DNA of 64,000 nt. Source: Octopus bimaculoides. Taxonomy: Eukaryota. The position numbers and the translations under genes were made by a program. The stretch lies in assembly GCF_001194135.2 (NCBI RefSeq), contig NC_068984.1:28891751-28955750 (forward strand), read 5' to 3'. Positions 51,088 through 62,948 of this stretch are shown one piece after another. The notes beneath the pieces are model-generated. The model did not search any database. It was not told where the DNA came from and saw only the letters and a program-made list of their open reading frames with translations. Within the stretch, counting starts at the first letter, position 1, and the number at the start of each line of letters is the position of its first letter.

Positions 51088-52720
51088 ATCATCATCATCA
51101 TCATCATCGTTTAACATCCGCTTTCTATGCTGGCATGGGTTGGATGGTTTGAGATAGAGCTGGCAAGCCAGATGGTTGCACCAGGCTCCAATCTAATCTG
51201 GCAAAGTTTCTACAGCTGGACGTCCTTCCTAATGCCAACCACTCAGACAGTATAGTGGGTGCTTTTTACATGCCACTGGCATGAGGGCCAGTCAGGTGGT
51301 ACTGGCATCGACCACACTCAAATGGTGCTTTTTACATGCCACCAGCACAGGAGCCAGTCAGGCGGCACTGGCAATGGCCATACTCGAATGGTGTTTTTTA
51401 CATGCCACTGACATGGGACCAGTCAGCCAGCACTGGCATCGACCATGCTTAAATGGTGCGCTTTACATGCGACCGGCACAGGAGCCAGTCAGGCGGCACT
51501 GGCAACAAGCATGCTCGAAGGGTGCTTTTTACCTTCCACCAGCATGGGACCAGTCAGGCAGCACAGGCATCGACCATGGTCGAATGGTGCTTTTTACGTG
51601 CCACGGGCACGTGTCCCAATCAGGCTGTACTGTCATCAGCCACGACAATGACTTTACTTGCTTCAAGTGCAGTTTATTGCCCAATGATTGAATGATACTC
51701 TTAAATGGACTGGTTATGCTGCACTGGCATAGGCCATGGTTACAGTCTCTCTTGGCTTGCTGGGTCTTCTCAAGCACAGCATATCTCCAAAGGTCTCGGT
51801 CACTTGTCATCGCCTTGGTGAGGCCCAACATTTGAAGGTCATGCTTCACCACCTCATCCCATGTCTTCCTGAGTTTACCTCTTCCACAGGTTCCCTCAAC
51901 TGCTAGGGTGTGACACTTTTTCACACAGCTGTCTTCATCCATTCACAACACATGGCCATACCAGTACAGTCGTCTCTCTTGCACACCACATCTGATGCTT
52001 CTTATGCCCAACTTTTCTCTCAAGGCACTCACATTGTTGTGTATACACACTGACATTACACATCAAGTAGAGTATACTAGCTTCTTTGCTTGCAAGCTTA
52101 CGCATATCCTCAGCAGTCACAGCCCATGTTTCACTGCCATGCAGCATCGCTGTTCACACACATGCGTCATACAGTCTGCCTTTTACTCTGAACAAGAGAC
52201 AAGAGGCTGTTTGTCACCAGCAGAGGTAGGAGCTCTCTGAACTTTGCCCAGGCTATTCTTATTCTAGCAGCTACACTCTCAGAATATCCACCCTCGCTAC
52301 TGACTTGGTCACCTAGGTAATGGAAACTATCAACTACTTATAGTTTTCCCCACCGGAATGTGACGGAAGCTGTTTTTTGCACATTTTCAGTGTTTATTGC
52401 TCCTGAGCATTTACCACACACAAAAACTCTCTTCCCAGTTAGCCTTCATTTGATATTGTTGCACCTCTTATGTGTCCTACCCAAACTGCATCTTGTCTCG
52501 ACTGACTCTCTCCCTAATTAGTCGGGCTATGACTCTCTCCGTGACTTTCATCACCTGATCCAACAACTTGATACTTCTGTAATTATTCATATCTAACGCA
52601 TCACCTTTACCTTGTAGCAGTTGACTATGGAGCAGCTACACCAGTCATTGAGTATGACTCCTTCATGCATCATCTGATTGACTATATGGGTGACTAGACT
52701 ATAGCCGACATTGCCTGAAA
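51088..52720 (-). mobile_element. RTE-clade LINE, 5'-truncated and internally deleted, with 3' UTR and (ATG)n tail
   Basis: VNCYK..KGDALDMNNYRSIKLLDQVMKVTERVIARLIRERV...MQFG; deletion at about 52478; VDSFHYLGDQ...ARIRIAWAKFRELLPLL...MLHGSETWA...WYG...GRGKLRKTWDEVVKHDL...DRDLWRYAV. Confidence 0.95.
51257..51620. repeat. 65-66-bp tandem repeat (5 units plus a partial) in the RTE 3' UTR
   Basis: Unit starts at 51257, 51323, 51389, 51454, 51520 and 51585. Confidence 0.9.
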
Positions 52721-53391
52721 ATTTAAGCATCAAAAATACATGAAACTAACACTATTAAATATATTTCTGGAAGTATCTAATTTACCAGAAAACAAAATTA
52801 AAAAAAACTGTAAAATAAGAATTACACAAAAATGTTGAGGAAGCTAGAAATACTCAGTAAAATATATATAATATACATGCTTTATTAGAAATTTATGTTA
52901 AGAGGTCAACATTATTTACAAACTATAAAATTGTATATAGCTATATAGTATTGGAAGCAACTTGTTAACCCCAAGATTAACTATATTATTGGAATTTAAA
53001 ATATAAAGTGATAGTTTAGAGCAGTCGTAGATATACAGGACAAATGCCAAATGAAAATGAGCCAAATGCTATATAGGTAGTTTAAGAGTCAAGTCACTAC
53101 ATTATGGCAAATGTTAGCAGTTAGAGACTCGATATAATTTATTGTTAATCCAAACAAATCATTTAAGAAAATAAGAGTAATTATTATGTGAGAGAAAGTT
53201 TACACTGTAAGGTCTCACTTATATGCAATTGTAAATATATATACACAATCACAAATACATGCTCAAACGTATGTACACAATGATGCAGGTGCCTGTCTAT
53301 ATATACATACATGTGTGTGTGTATAAATATATACATATTATATAATATATAGACATGTGTATGTGTGTGTGTGTGTATATATATATATACA

Positions 53392-53565
53392 GGTATGTCT
53401 GTGTAGTAAGAAACTTACTTCCCAACCACATTTCTAGATTTCGGATTCCAGTTCTAGATTCAGTCCCACTGCGTGGCACATTGGACAAGTGTCTTTCTAC
53501 CATAGCCTTGGGCCAACCAAAGTCTTGCGAGTGGATTTGGTAGTCAGAAACCAAATGAAGCCCAT

Positions 53566-53606
<41 letters not shown>

Positions 53607-53825
53607 GCATATATCTATCTACGTGTGTCTGTATTAGTCCCCCCCCCATCACTGCTTGACAACTGGNNNNNNNNNNTATATATATATATGCATATATCTA
53701 TCTACGTGTGTCTGTATTAGTCCCCCCCCCATCACTGCTTGACAACTGGTGTCTTTGTAACTTAGCAGTTTGGCAAAAGAGTTCGATAGATTAAGTTTTA
53801 GGCTTAAAAAATAGGTCCTAAGGTC
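53392..53825 (+). mobile_element. SINE family A with gap-associated duplication
   Basis: Head, core gtggcacattggacaagtgtctttctac, internal microsatellite and part of the 3' half. Confidence 0.85.
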
Positions 53826-53834
53826 AATTTATAT

Positions 53835-53930
53835 TATTTACATTTGACAGATATTTGTCCTCATCTTATTTGTTGTCAACACGTTTCGGCTGATATACCC
53901 TCCAGCCTTCTTCAGGTGTCTTAGGGAACA
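53835..53930 (-). mobile_element. Penelope-like terminal-repeat fragment carrying a hammerhead-like core
   Basis: Minus strand GACAC-CTGAAGA-A-GGCTG(gagggtatat)CAGCC-GAAA-C-GTGTT. The Penelope assignment rests on the known association of minimal hammerheads with these elements. Confidence 0.6.
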
Positions 53931-53989
53931 AGCCACACTTGTCCGGCAATTCTGGGATTGCATATGTCATCATGAGCACTTCATGGGCT

Positions 53990-54190
53990 CTGCTATTGAT
54001 CTGTAAGATGTTTTTACCTTTACTTTCAAAATGCATCTATTATTGTTACCATTGTTCAGAGTGATATGACATTCAAAGACAGTCTGCACTAATTTTAATC
54101 CTCTTACCCCTCTTTTCTTCTGATGTATACCTCATCAATATTACTGTTCTGTAAGGAATCTTCCAATGAATGTCTGAATCTTGTAGAGTT
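53990..54190 (-). mobile_element. R4/Dong-like RT-thumb fragment
   Basis: NIDEVYIRRKEG.RGLKLVQTVFEC matches the D.DRLY.PR..GGRGL motif also seen at 63655-63710. Confidence 0.6.
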
Positions 54191-55316
54191 TAATAAACAC
54201 ACATATACATGTATGTTTACCAGTGACTAAAATAGTGTATGTGTGTATCTCTGTGCATGAGTGCATATGTGAATGGATGTATACTTGCACATACACATTT
54301 ATATAATGCATACAATGACATTAGGCATAAAAACACTGCTTTGTGAAAAAAAAAGTCAATACATTTGCTAACTGAATTCTTCCTGTAATACTATTTAAAT
54401 AATATTGTTTGTCCTATAATAAATTTGCTTTATCACAATAGATAAATATTGGATCTGAATTAGTGTTATATTAAGAATCTACTAATTTAATATTTTTGTT
54501 TTTCTAATTGTTAATACTGTCTCCATAAATGTTACTCAATCATAACTATCGTCTGCTACTTCTCATTTACATTTTCAAGCCACATATATAACAGAGACCA
54601 CTGTCAATCTGAGGAGCCTTCAGAAATCTGCTTTACTGATTTATTTTAAGGTAGCTTACCAAAAATGACAGCAGCAACCACAAAACAATAGCAACAGCAG
54701 TAATGATGATGATGAAAATACCAATTAGACTGGACCATTTCCAAAGAAAAAAAAATAAAACAGATAATTCACTGTCTTTCTTCTTTATTTATTTTTTTTT
54801 ATTTTGAATAAAGATTACCTTTTGTTTCTTTGTTACTAGGTCAGGATATTTTAGAGAATAAAACTATTGATTTCTTCTAAATGAGAAGAACATTTACTTT
54901 CAACAATACACTGAAGGAAATACCAGCCAAATAACATTTCCACTTAGATAGTAAAAGATTATTTAACTCTTTGAATTCTAATTTTTTGAAAACATTTTCT
55001 TTTCTTCTTTTGTATTTTCAAACTAGAATTTTAGATATTTATAATGCAGTCAAACATAATTGGGTGTTGAAGATCAATCACACTTGTAACTAAGCTATAG
55101 ACATCTATAAATAAGCATAATAACCAATTAAACATTATTATTTGGTTAGATTTTTTTTTTATTTTGTAGAAGATAAGACTGTAAGAGATAACCAAGTCTC
55201 CAAGGAATAGAAACATTGACTAGCAGAAAGCTATAGCAAGAAACTAGACATCAGGTTTACTTAAATAGATGAAAAGCAAAGAGCAAAATATGCTTGCTAG
55301 TATATGTTATTTAAAA

Positions 55317-56316
55317 TACGAGGGAAAGTCAAAAATTATCTGCACTTTCACCATATATATCTTTATTATTATCACACTGCCTTCTGTGCAAGTGTGCTTA
55401 CAGTTGATACTACTGTGATTACATGATCAAAGTTTGAGCCTAATCATGCCATTTTTCTTTCTAGCTTTACAGTATAAAGTGCACTAGGAATGTGCACCAA
55501 AGAAGAACAAAGAGCAGTTATTTGATTTCTCTGGTGGGAAGAGGTATCAGGTGCTGAAAATCATCAGAGACACAATTGGTTAATGGTTTCAACAGTCTGG
55601 GCAGCTGTGTATGGGCATGCGTTGTCATGCAACAACAAAACATTCTTCGATAACGGGCTTCGGTGTTTGTTGTGAATTGCTTCAGTTTGTTGGCCAGCAA
55701 AGCACTGTATCTTGCATTGTTGGTCGTACAGGCCCTTTTCCAGGTAATCTTCCAGTATAGGCCATTTTGAATCCCCAGAAAGGGTTAGCATCACCTTCCC
55801 ACAGAAGACTGAGTTTTGAATTTCTTCATCACTGTCAATCCAGGATTTTTCTACTCCATACTCTGTCTTTTGGATTTTGCCTCATAATGATAGATCCATG
55901 TTTCATCTCCTATGACTATTCTGCTCAAAAATTCCTCACCCTCATTGTTGTAGCGATCAAGCAAACGGCAGACCTCAAAACATTTGCACTTGTGCTCTGC
56001 AGCAAGCTCTCTTGGCACCCATCTTGCCCAGATTTTATGGAAGCTGAGTTCATTGTGGATGATTTTCAGCACCTGACACCCCTTTCAACCAGAGAAATCA
56101 GATCACTGCTCTTTGTTCGTCTTTGGTGAACATTGGTAGTGGAGTGGCCATGCCTACACTGTAAAGCCAGAAAGAAAAACAGCATGATCTGGCTCAACTT
56201 CGATCATGTGACTACAATAGTACCAAATATAAGCACGCATGTGCAGAAGGCAGCATGACAATAATAAAGATATGTTATGGCAAAAGTGTGGATAATATTT
56301 GACTTCCCGTTGCATA
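55317..56316 (-). mobile_element. Rearranged mariner with about 260-bp inverted 5' ends
   Basis: Minus strand: TIR, 5' UTR, MFTKDEQRAVI*FLW, deletion, KIIHNELSFHKIWARWVPREL...IVIGDETWIYHYE...LLLHDNACPYTAAQTVETINQL. The 3' part is replaced by a plus-strand 5' end (tacgagggaaagtc...MCTKEEQRAVI*FLW). Confidence 0.9.
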
Positions 56317-57299
56317 TAAAAATGTATGAAATTGTTTAAGTTTTCTATAGAAATGCGGATGTTCTTGTAATAAAATACTATTAGAATAATGTAGGTGAGC
56401 ATTAAAAAAAGACCTGGAAATATCACTTCAAGAAACAGTTAGATAAGGAATAGCATTGTGAGACCCTATTTCTGGTTTAATAGACATAGGAATCAGTTGT
56501 AAGTATTATGATCAGTATTGAGAGAGAGCAACCATATTTTAAAAAATTACAAGGAATGATGCAGATTTGTGAGGAATATTCATAAAAAGTCTGAAAGTAT
56601 CTGTTTATTCTGATGCTTTACATAGGTTATCAGTTTGTGCATGTGGTTGTTATCTCTAAAATCTGTGTTAGTTGCAACATTATCAACAGCTACAAAGGTA
56701 GAGAAGATGCAAAAGAGATGACAAAAAGAGCTTAAAGCATAAATGGTAGAGTTATATAAAATGTAAAATAAAACTGAGTTAAGTTGGTAAAAATGCAGTT
56801 GAGTTTTTAGCAAGAAGCTAAATCACAAATGCCATACAACTAGGTAGAAAATTTACAAAATTGCATGAACTGACCTGTAGAAGGCTTCTAACAGAGTCCT
56901 ATGCACTACAGTCTGCTAAGCACTGAGAACATTAGGTATAGATTAATGGCTAGTGAGTATTTCTAGTTAGCTGCTATCAAATTGGCATGGATGCCAAAAA
57001 AGTAATAATAGATACCCACCAAAAGTACACTGGCTGTCTCACAAAGAACTATGATATTCCATGAGTCAAATGTATAGGGATTGTTAATACTAAAGGCAAC
57101 CATTGAAGAAAACTCATGTTCTACTCACACGGTTTCCAGTAGCAGAATTCTGATTTCAAGTGACAGTTTATCTTCAAGTTACCTCAAATTTAAGTATGAT
57201 AATTAAAGTAAAGGAAATAGTATAATAAATTCTAATAGTTGTTACCATTGTTGGAAATATAAAATTTCTTTATTCATACAAAGAGCAAACTGTATAAAG

Positions 57300-57680
57300 A
57301 GTAAGAGAAGACTGGCTGATGCTTCATGATTTCAGAAAATTTGAAAAGGCTACTTACAAATGAGCTGAATATGATACCTTAGCTATGTAATGTTATTTGC
57401 ACAAAAGTCTGAACACAAGAGACCTAAGAAAGTGGCTGGGCATTAAAAGCTTTAGCTGATATGTGCATGACACATAGCTGCCTAGTGTTGACAAGTGATG
57501 TGAATGCGTGACAGTTACGCAATAAGAAGTGACATAAGCTGAGTGTGAATGACAGATGCTACAAATGAAAACTGGAAGAAAAAAAAAAAAGGAATGAAAG
57601 AGTCGAATATGAGGATGATGGGACTCTTTGAAGAAATGATGCAAGTTCAAGGAAAGTGAGACTATACTGTATTGCTATTC
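57300..57680 (+). mobile_element. Very degraded RTE C-terminal remnant; small RT piece also at about 56870-56960
   Basis: TRDLRKWLGIKS (cf. LREKLGIRS); DL*KASNRV...LRTLGID*WLV (cf. DLEKAFDRV...LRKLG..EWLV). Confidence 0.4.
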
Positions 57681-58355
57681 AAGGTGACAAATGCCAAGCC
57701 TACAAAAGTGTGACAAAATAGAGTGAATTACTTAAATGTTTCTAATCAATGCTGTCTTTTACTTTGTGTGTATGTGTGTGTGTGTGCAGGGGGGGGGGGA
57801 TTTATATAGACAATAAACATTATCTCTGCTAAAGCTAACTTCTAGAAAATTATCCATTTAATATTGAGTCCTGTATAAGTAACAGACAATATCAGAAAGA
57901 TGGGGTAGATATGAAGATAAATAGTATTAAAGGGAGGTAACCATACAGAGTGACACTTCATATCTTTGCAATCTAGCTCTTCCTTCATCTACCTTATACA
58001 TAGGTCTTCACACCTTCCCCCACAGCTCTTCATCACTCCCGACAGTATCCCCACTGTCACTGTTTCACTTCAATCTTTTCATCATTTATTTACTGATAGC
58101 AACTGTTATATTGCTTTCCTAAATAAAGGGCAAGAGCCTAAAAGACTCTTCATTCTTTTATCTTTTAATTGTTTCAATCTTTAGACTGCAGCCATGCTGG
58201 GGTACCACCTCGAAGAATTTTTAGTCAACTGAATCTACCTCAGTACTTTTTTTATTTGTGGTTAAGCCTAGTACTTATTCTATCAGTCTCTTTTGCTGAA
58301 CTGCTGCATTATGGGTACATAAACACATCAACACTGTCAAGCACTGGTGGAGACA

Positions 58356-58435
<80 letters not shown>

Positions 58436-58453
58436 TATATATATGTATGTACG

Positions 58454-58499
<46 letters not shown>

Positions 58500-58637
58500 C
58501 AATAATGATATAAATAATATATATGTATGTCTATGCATATATAGGTACAGGAGGTCACCAACTGTGTAAACAGCATGAAGTACAAAAACAAACAAGGTAA
58601 ATATGCAAACAACGAGAAAAATAAATGGAAGAACACA

Positions 58638-58720
58638 ACGCGTCGCCCGGTCCAGGAATTAAAACCACAATCTTACGATCATGATGCTGACACCCTAACC
58701 ACTAAGCCATGCGCCTCCAC
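58638..58720 (-). mobile_element. SINE family D head (tRNA-like)
   Basis: gtggaggcgcatggcttagtggttagggtgtcagc...ttaattcctggaccgggcg. Confidence 0.75.
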
Positions 58721-59194
58721 TGTGGACTAATAGTTGGCTATTTTAGAAAATCATTCTTTTGCTCATACTTTGAATTTATATTTAATTGACCCAAAGCTTA
58801 TTTAAAGATTTACAAAAGATTTACATTTGAGTATAATCAAGATTGCATCAAAGTTTGTTTTCCTTTTCTCTCTTCTTACAAATCATATTATCCACACATA
58901 TATAGATACATAAATAGACACAATGTATTAACTAATACATACATACTTTACTTACAAGACATTTTATTTGAGTTATGACCTCATTAAAGAATTTGTGTTG
59001 CAAAAGTAGCCATAACAAATTCAACAAGTACTGACATTGGTGAAGAACATATATGAATACTACTGATCAAGTTAAAAAGGATTATTCAAAAACGTATATA
59101 GTATCCTCTAAGTAAAAGGTGAAGATTGTTGAAAATTCTTGACAAAAGTTTTGGTTAGTAATTCTTCATTTCTTTTTTAATATGGTACAGATAA

Positions 59195-59310
59195 TTCATC
59201 ATCATCATCATTATTTAATGCTTATTTTCCATGTTAGCATAGGTTGGACAATATAACAAGACCAGCAAGGCCAAGAGCTGCACCAAGTTCCATGGTCTGT
59301 TTCAGCACAG
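59195..59310 (-). mobile_element. RTE-type 3' tail fragment; others at about 38560-38650 (+) and 47765-47900 (-)
   Basis: catcatcatcatcattatttaatgcttattttccatgttagcataggttggac. Confidence 0.7.
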
Positions 59311-59384
59311 TTTCTAAAATATCACTTACATTCACAAATATATATTTGCCCAAATTAAAATTGAGAACAAGAAGAATATATTCT

Positions 59385-59587
59385 TTTACTTGTTTCAGTA
59401 ATTTGACTGCGGCCATGCTGGAGCACCACCTTGAAGGGGTATTTTGTTGAACAAATCGACCAAGGACTTATTTTTAAGCCTAGTACTTATTCTGTTGGTT
59501 TCTTTATTGAACCACAAATTACAAGGATGTAAACACATCAACACCAGCTGTCAAGCGATGACAGGGGTCAAACACAAAAAAATATGT

Positions 59588-59625
<38 letters not shown>

Positions 59626-59664
59626 NNNNNNNNNNNNNNNNNNNNNNNNNNNNNNNNNNNNNNN

Positions 59665-59714
<50 letters not shown>

Positions 59715-59900
59715 GATAGATACATATATACACACACACACACATGACGAGCTTTCTTTCAGTTTCTGTCTACTAAATCCACTCGCAGGGCTTTGGTTGC
59801 CCTAAGGCTATAGTAGAAGGCACTTGCCCAAAGTACCACACTGTGGGATTGAACCCAGAACCAGGTGGTTGGGAAGCAAGCTTCTTACCATACAGCCATG
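59385..59900 (-). mobile_element. SINE family A, full length with gap in the internal microsatellite
   Basis: Reverse complement of both halves of 4823-5222. Confidence 0.9.
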
Positions 59901-61385
59901 CATTTTTCTTTCTTTTTTTTCCATTAAATTCATTTAATTAGAAACTAAAATAAAATTAAATAGATATGTGTGCATATGGAAGAAAAACCTACATGTACAC
60001 TTAAAAAGTTGCATAAAGCCTTGTGTATACATGTCTATGTGTGTGTACACACGTATTTTATCTAGATTTGCCTATGCTAACAGAAGAATGCAATACATAA
60101 AGCACAGTGCTCTTATCATAACTGAGAAGCAACATCAGTGACTCAAGGGTTAAAAAATTTAGCGCAATCTCACATGTACTCACGCAAAACTCTTAACTCT
60201 TGAGCTACTGATGTAGCATTCCTGCTATAATAAAATAATGTGAAGCTCTTGTAATTTTAAAATAAATTAACATAAGAACACACAAATAAAAACATAAAAC
60301 TGAAGAAAACTATCCTACTGGTAAAATTTGATATATTTTGATTTAAAATATGTAGGAATGCATGTACATGCATGCATCCATGCATATAAGTGAACATACA
60401 TAAATTAGAAAAGGTGTCCTAGCATTTATGAGTAAAATATATTGAAACCATTGATGAAATAATATCCTTTAGTGGCTGCAAAAAGGAATATATTACAAAT
60501 ATTGATTCTTTTTATTGTCATATATATGAGCATATAAATGCTTAGACATAAATATACATAAAGGTGAATATATTACATTGATTTCATTTGTTGACAACAC
60601 ATAGTCATGCACAAATAAATATTTGTGCGCATTTATTTTCGTATATGTTTATATATGAATACCTCTATGCTTGCATGTGTGCATTTGTAAATGAAACTAT
60701 CAATAAAGAGTTTTAAGTAGACACAGATCTATGCATTTAACATGTAACAAAACAGGGTGGGGAGTAAAAGGAGATAAAAAAAAAAAATCAAATTTTCTGA
60801 ATGATTCATACTGGTTTCATTACAGTTTAGCAAGGTTGTATCTATCAAGCAATCACAAATATAAATATTCTTTTCATTCTCATTATTTTGACTCTTCTAT
60901 ACAACTTTACATCAGACAATCTCCGAATGTAAATGATCTAAGAGATACTAAGCAAATATATTTTAAATATTATTTCCCTATTGAAATCAACAACTAAATT
61001 AAATCTACGAAGAAATTAACAACAAAAATAAAACAAAAGACCTGAAATTTCAACAAGTGATAACAATAAACCTGAAGAGGTAGTCATGAAGGAATTGAAA
61101 AATTATTGGTTTTCATAACATTTCAGGTATTAACTCAATAATTAAATCCTTTCCAACCAAGAATCAAATCAGATAATAAAATCAATGTTTACAATAATCC
61201 TTTCTATTTCAGGCACAAAGGTCTGAAATTTTTGGGAAAAGGGTTAGTTAATTACATCAACCCCAGTGTTTAACTGGTAATTATTTCATCAACCTCAAAA
61301 GGATAAAAGGCAAAGTTGACCTCAACAGTGTTTGAACTCAGAACATAAAGCTGGACGAAATGTTGCAATGCATTTTGTCCAAAGC

Positions 61386-62125
61386 ATATGGGCTGTTGCT
61401 GTAGTCTGCTACAGTGCACCCATCTTGAAATGGACACAAGCAGAGATTAACCAACTCAATCACACTATCCAAAAGACAATGCGCTTGTCAAAGTCTTGTG
61501 CAGAAAGAGTACAAACACAGACATGACAAGGAAACCTAAAACCTTCACTGACAACTGTGCCAGAAGTATGGATATGAAGTAACAGGTGCTTGGTATCAAC
61601 ATACACAGGAAAAGGTAATGGACAAAAAAGGGGAAGGCAAATATCCTCTGGGACTTTGACTTTCAGACATACAAGGTGTTAGAACACCAAAGGTTGGACA
61701 TAGTAACCTTTAGGAGGATCAAACAAGAGTGCTTTATAATCGACATGGCAGTGTCAGGAGATCAAAATATTATCATGAAAGAAAGAGAAAAGACTGATAA
61801 ATATGTAAACCTGAGAATTGAGATCACCAGGATGTAGCAGATATGAGAGTTAAACATAAAGGTTGTCTCTGTTGTCATTGGCACATTGGGTTCAATACCA
61901 CCCAACCTGAAGAAACATCAGGTAATTTTAGAAATACCCTACAATCTAGGTGTATTGCAAATATCAGCATTACTTAAAACTGCACACATATTGCGTAAAG
62001 TACTGTCTGAGGTCCTTGTTGTGACTTGACAGACAGTACAAACCCTAGTAAACACAATATCTTCAATTAACAACATCATGATATTCGATACTGTGTGACA
62101 TCTTAAATAATAATAATAATAATAA
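61386..62125 (+). pseudogene. R4/Dong-like LINE C-terminal fragment with restriction-like endonuclease domain
   Basis: WAVAVVCYSAPILKWTQAE; deletion; QKEYKHRHD...ILWDFDFQT...HQRLDIV...IIDMAVSGD...EKTDKY...VVIGTLGSIP...LQISALLKTAHILRKVLS; (TAA)n tail. Confidence 0.9.
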
Positions 62126-62134
62126 ACTATACCA

Positions 62135-62690
62135 ACACAATGGAATAACACAAAAAAGATGGTGTAAGCACATGCCAGAAAAGGTAACAGATAATGAGAA
62201 AGCAACCATACTCTGGGATATGCCAATACACACAGATAGAGAAATTAGGCCAATATGCCAAATATAGTTGTCAGAGACCACCAAGAAAAAAAAATGCTTT
62301 CTAGTTGATGTATCAATACCAATAGATGACAATGTTTCTCTAAAAGAAACGGAGAAAATTTCAAAATACAAAGATGTGGAAATAGAGGTAACTTGAATGT
62401 AGAGTCTAAAAACAGAAAAATTTCATATAGTAGGTGCATTATGTATGATAAAAAAATATTCAGACAAATACATAACAAAAACACCAGGACCAACAAATAT
62501 ATATAATATACAAAAAATAGCACTACTAGACACCACACACATCCTACGTAAAACACTTTCAATACAGTAAAAATAAGAGCATCACAACAAACCACAGCAC
62601 ATACCTAAGGCACAGTGCACTGCATTCGGTGGTGCTGTGAAAGTACATGATAAAAATAAGACTACTGAATAATGATGATAATAATAATAA
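62135..62690 (+). pseudogene. Second R4/Dong-like endonuclease-domain fragment, different subfamily
   Basis: KHMPEKVTDNEKATILWDMPIHTDREI...FLVDVSIPIDDNVSLKETEKISKYKDVEIEV...IQKIALLDTTHILRKTLSIQ*. Confidence 0.9.
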
Positions 62691-62692
62691 AA

Positions 62693-62885
62693 TGGCAGGA
62701 GATTGCAATAGAATGCCTGGTATAGCCCCTACAAAAAAGTTTGTCTCTTAGGGACAGCAAGGATTATCAGGAGGATTCTAAGCACTTGAAAGACTTGAAA
62801 ACTTGTGGATATCTAAGGCTACAGGTAGTAACCAGCTAACCACGTAATTCCTACCAGGAATAAGACCGAATCTGAGCCAAACCAA

Positions 62886-62910
<25 letters not shown>
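62693..62910 (+). mobile_element. Third R4/Dong-like 3' end
   Basis: LQKSLSLRDSK/CLLGTARIIRRILST* and 3' UTR similar to 39450-39620; (TAA)n tail. Confidence 0.8.

Positions 62911-62944
<34 letters not shown>

Positions 62945-62948
<4 letters not shown>

Noticed and set aside
51257-51620. Regularly spaced repeats resembling a CRISPR array
   Set aside because: The whole unit is repeated with no unique spacers, it sits in a LINE 3' UTR, and there are no cas genes.
54660-54729. 70-nt exon-like segment encoding a hydrophobic helix; a similar 96-nt one at 32562-32657
   Set aside because: Hydrophobicity is expected from T-rich and simple-repeat DNA; no frame link or family motif.
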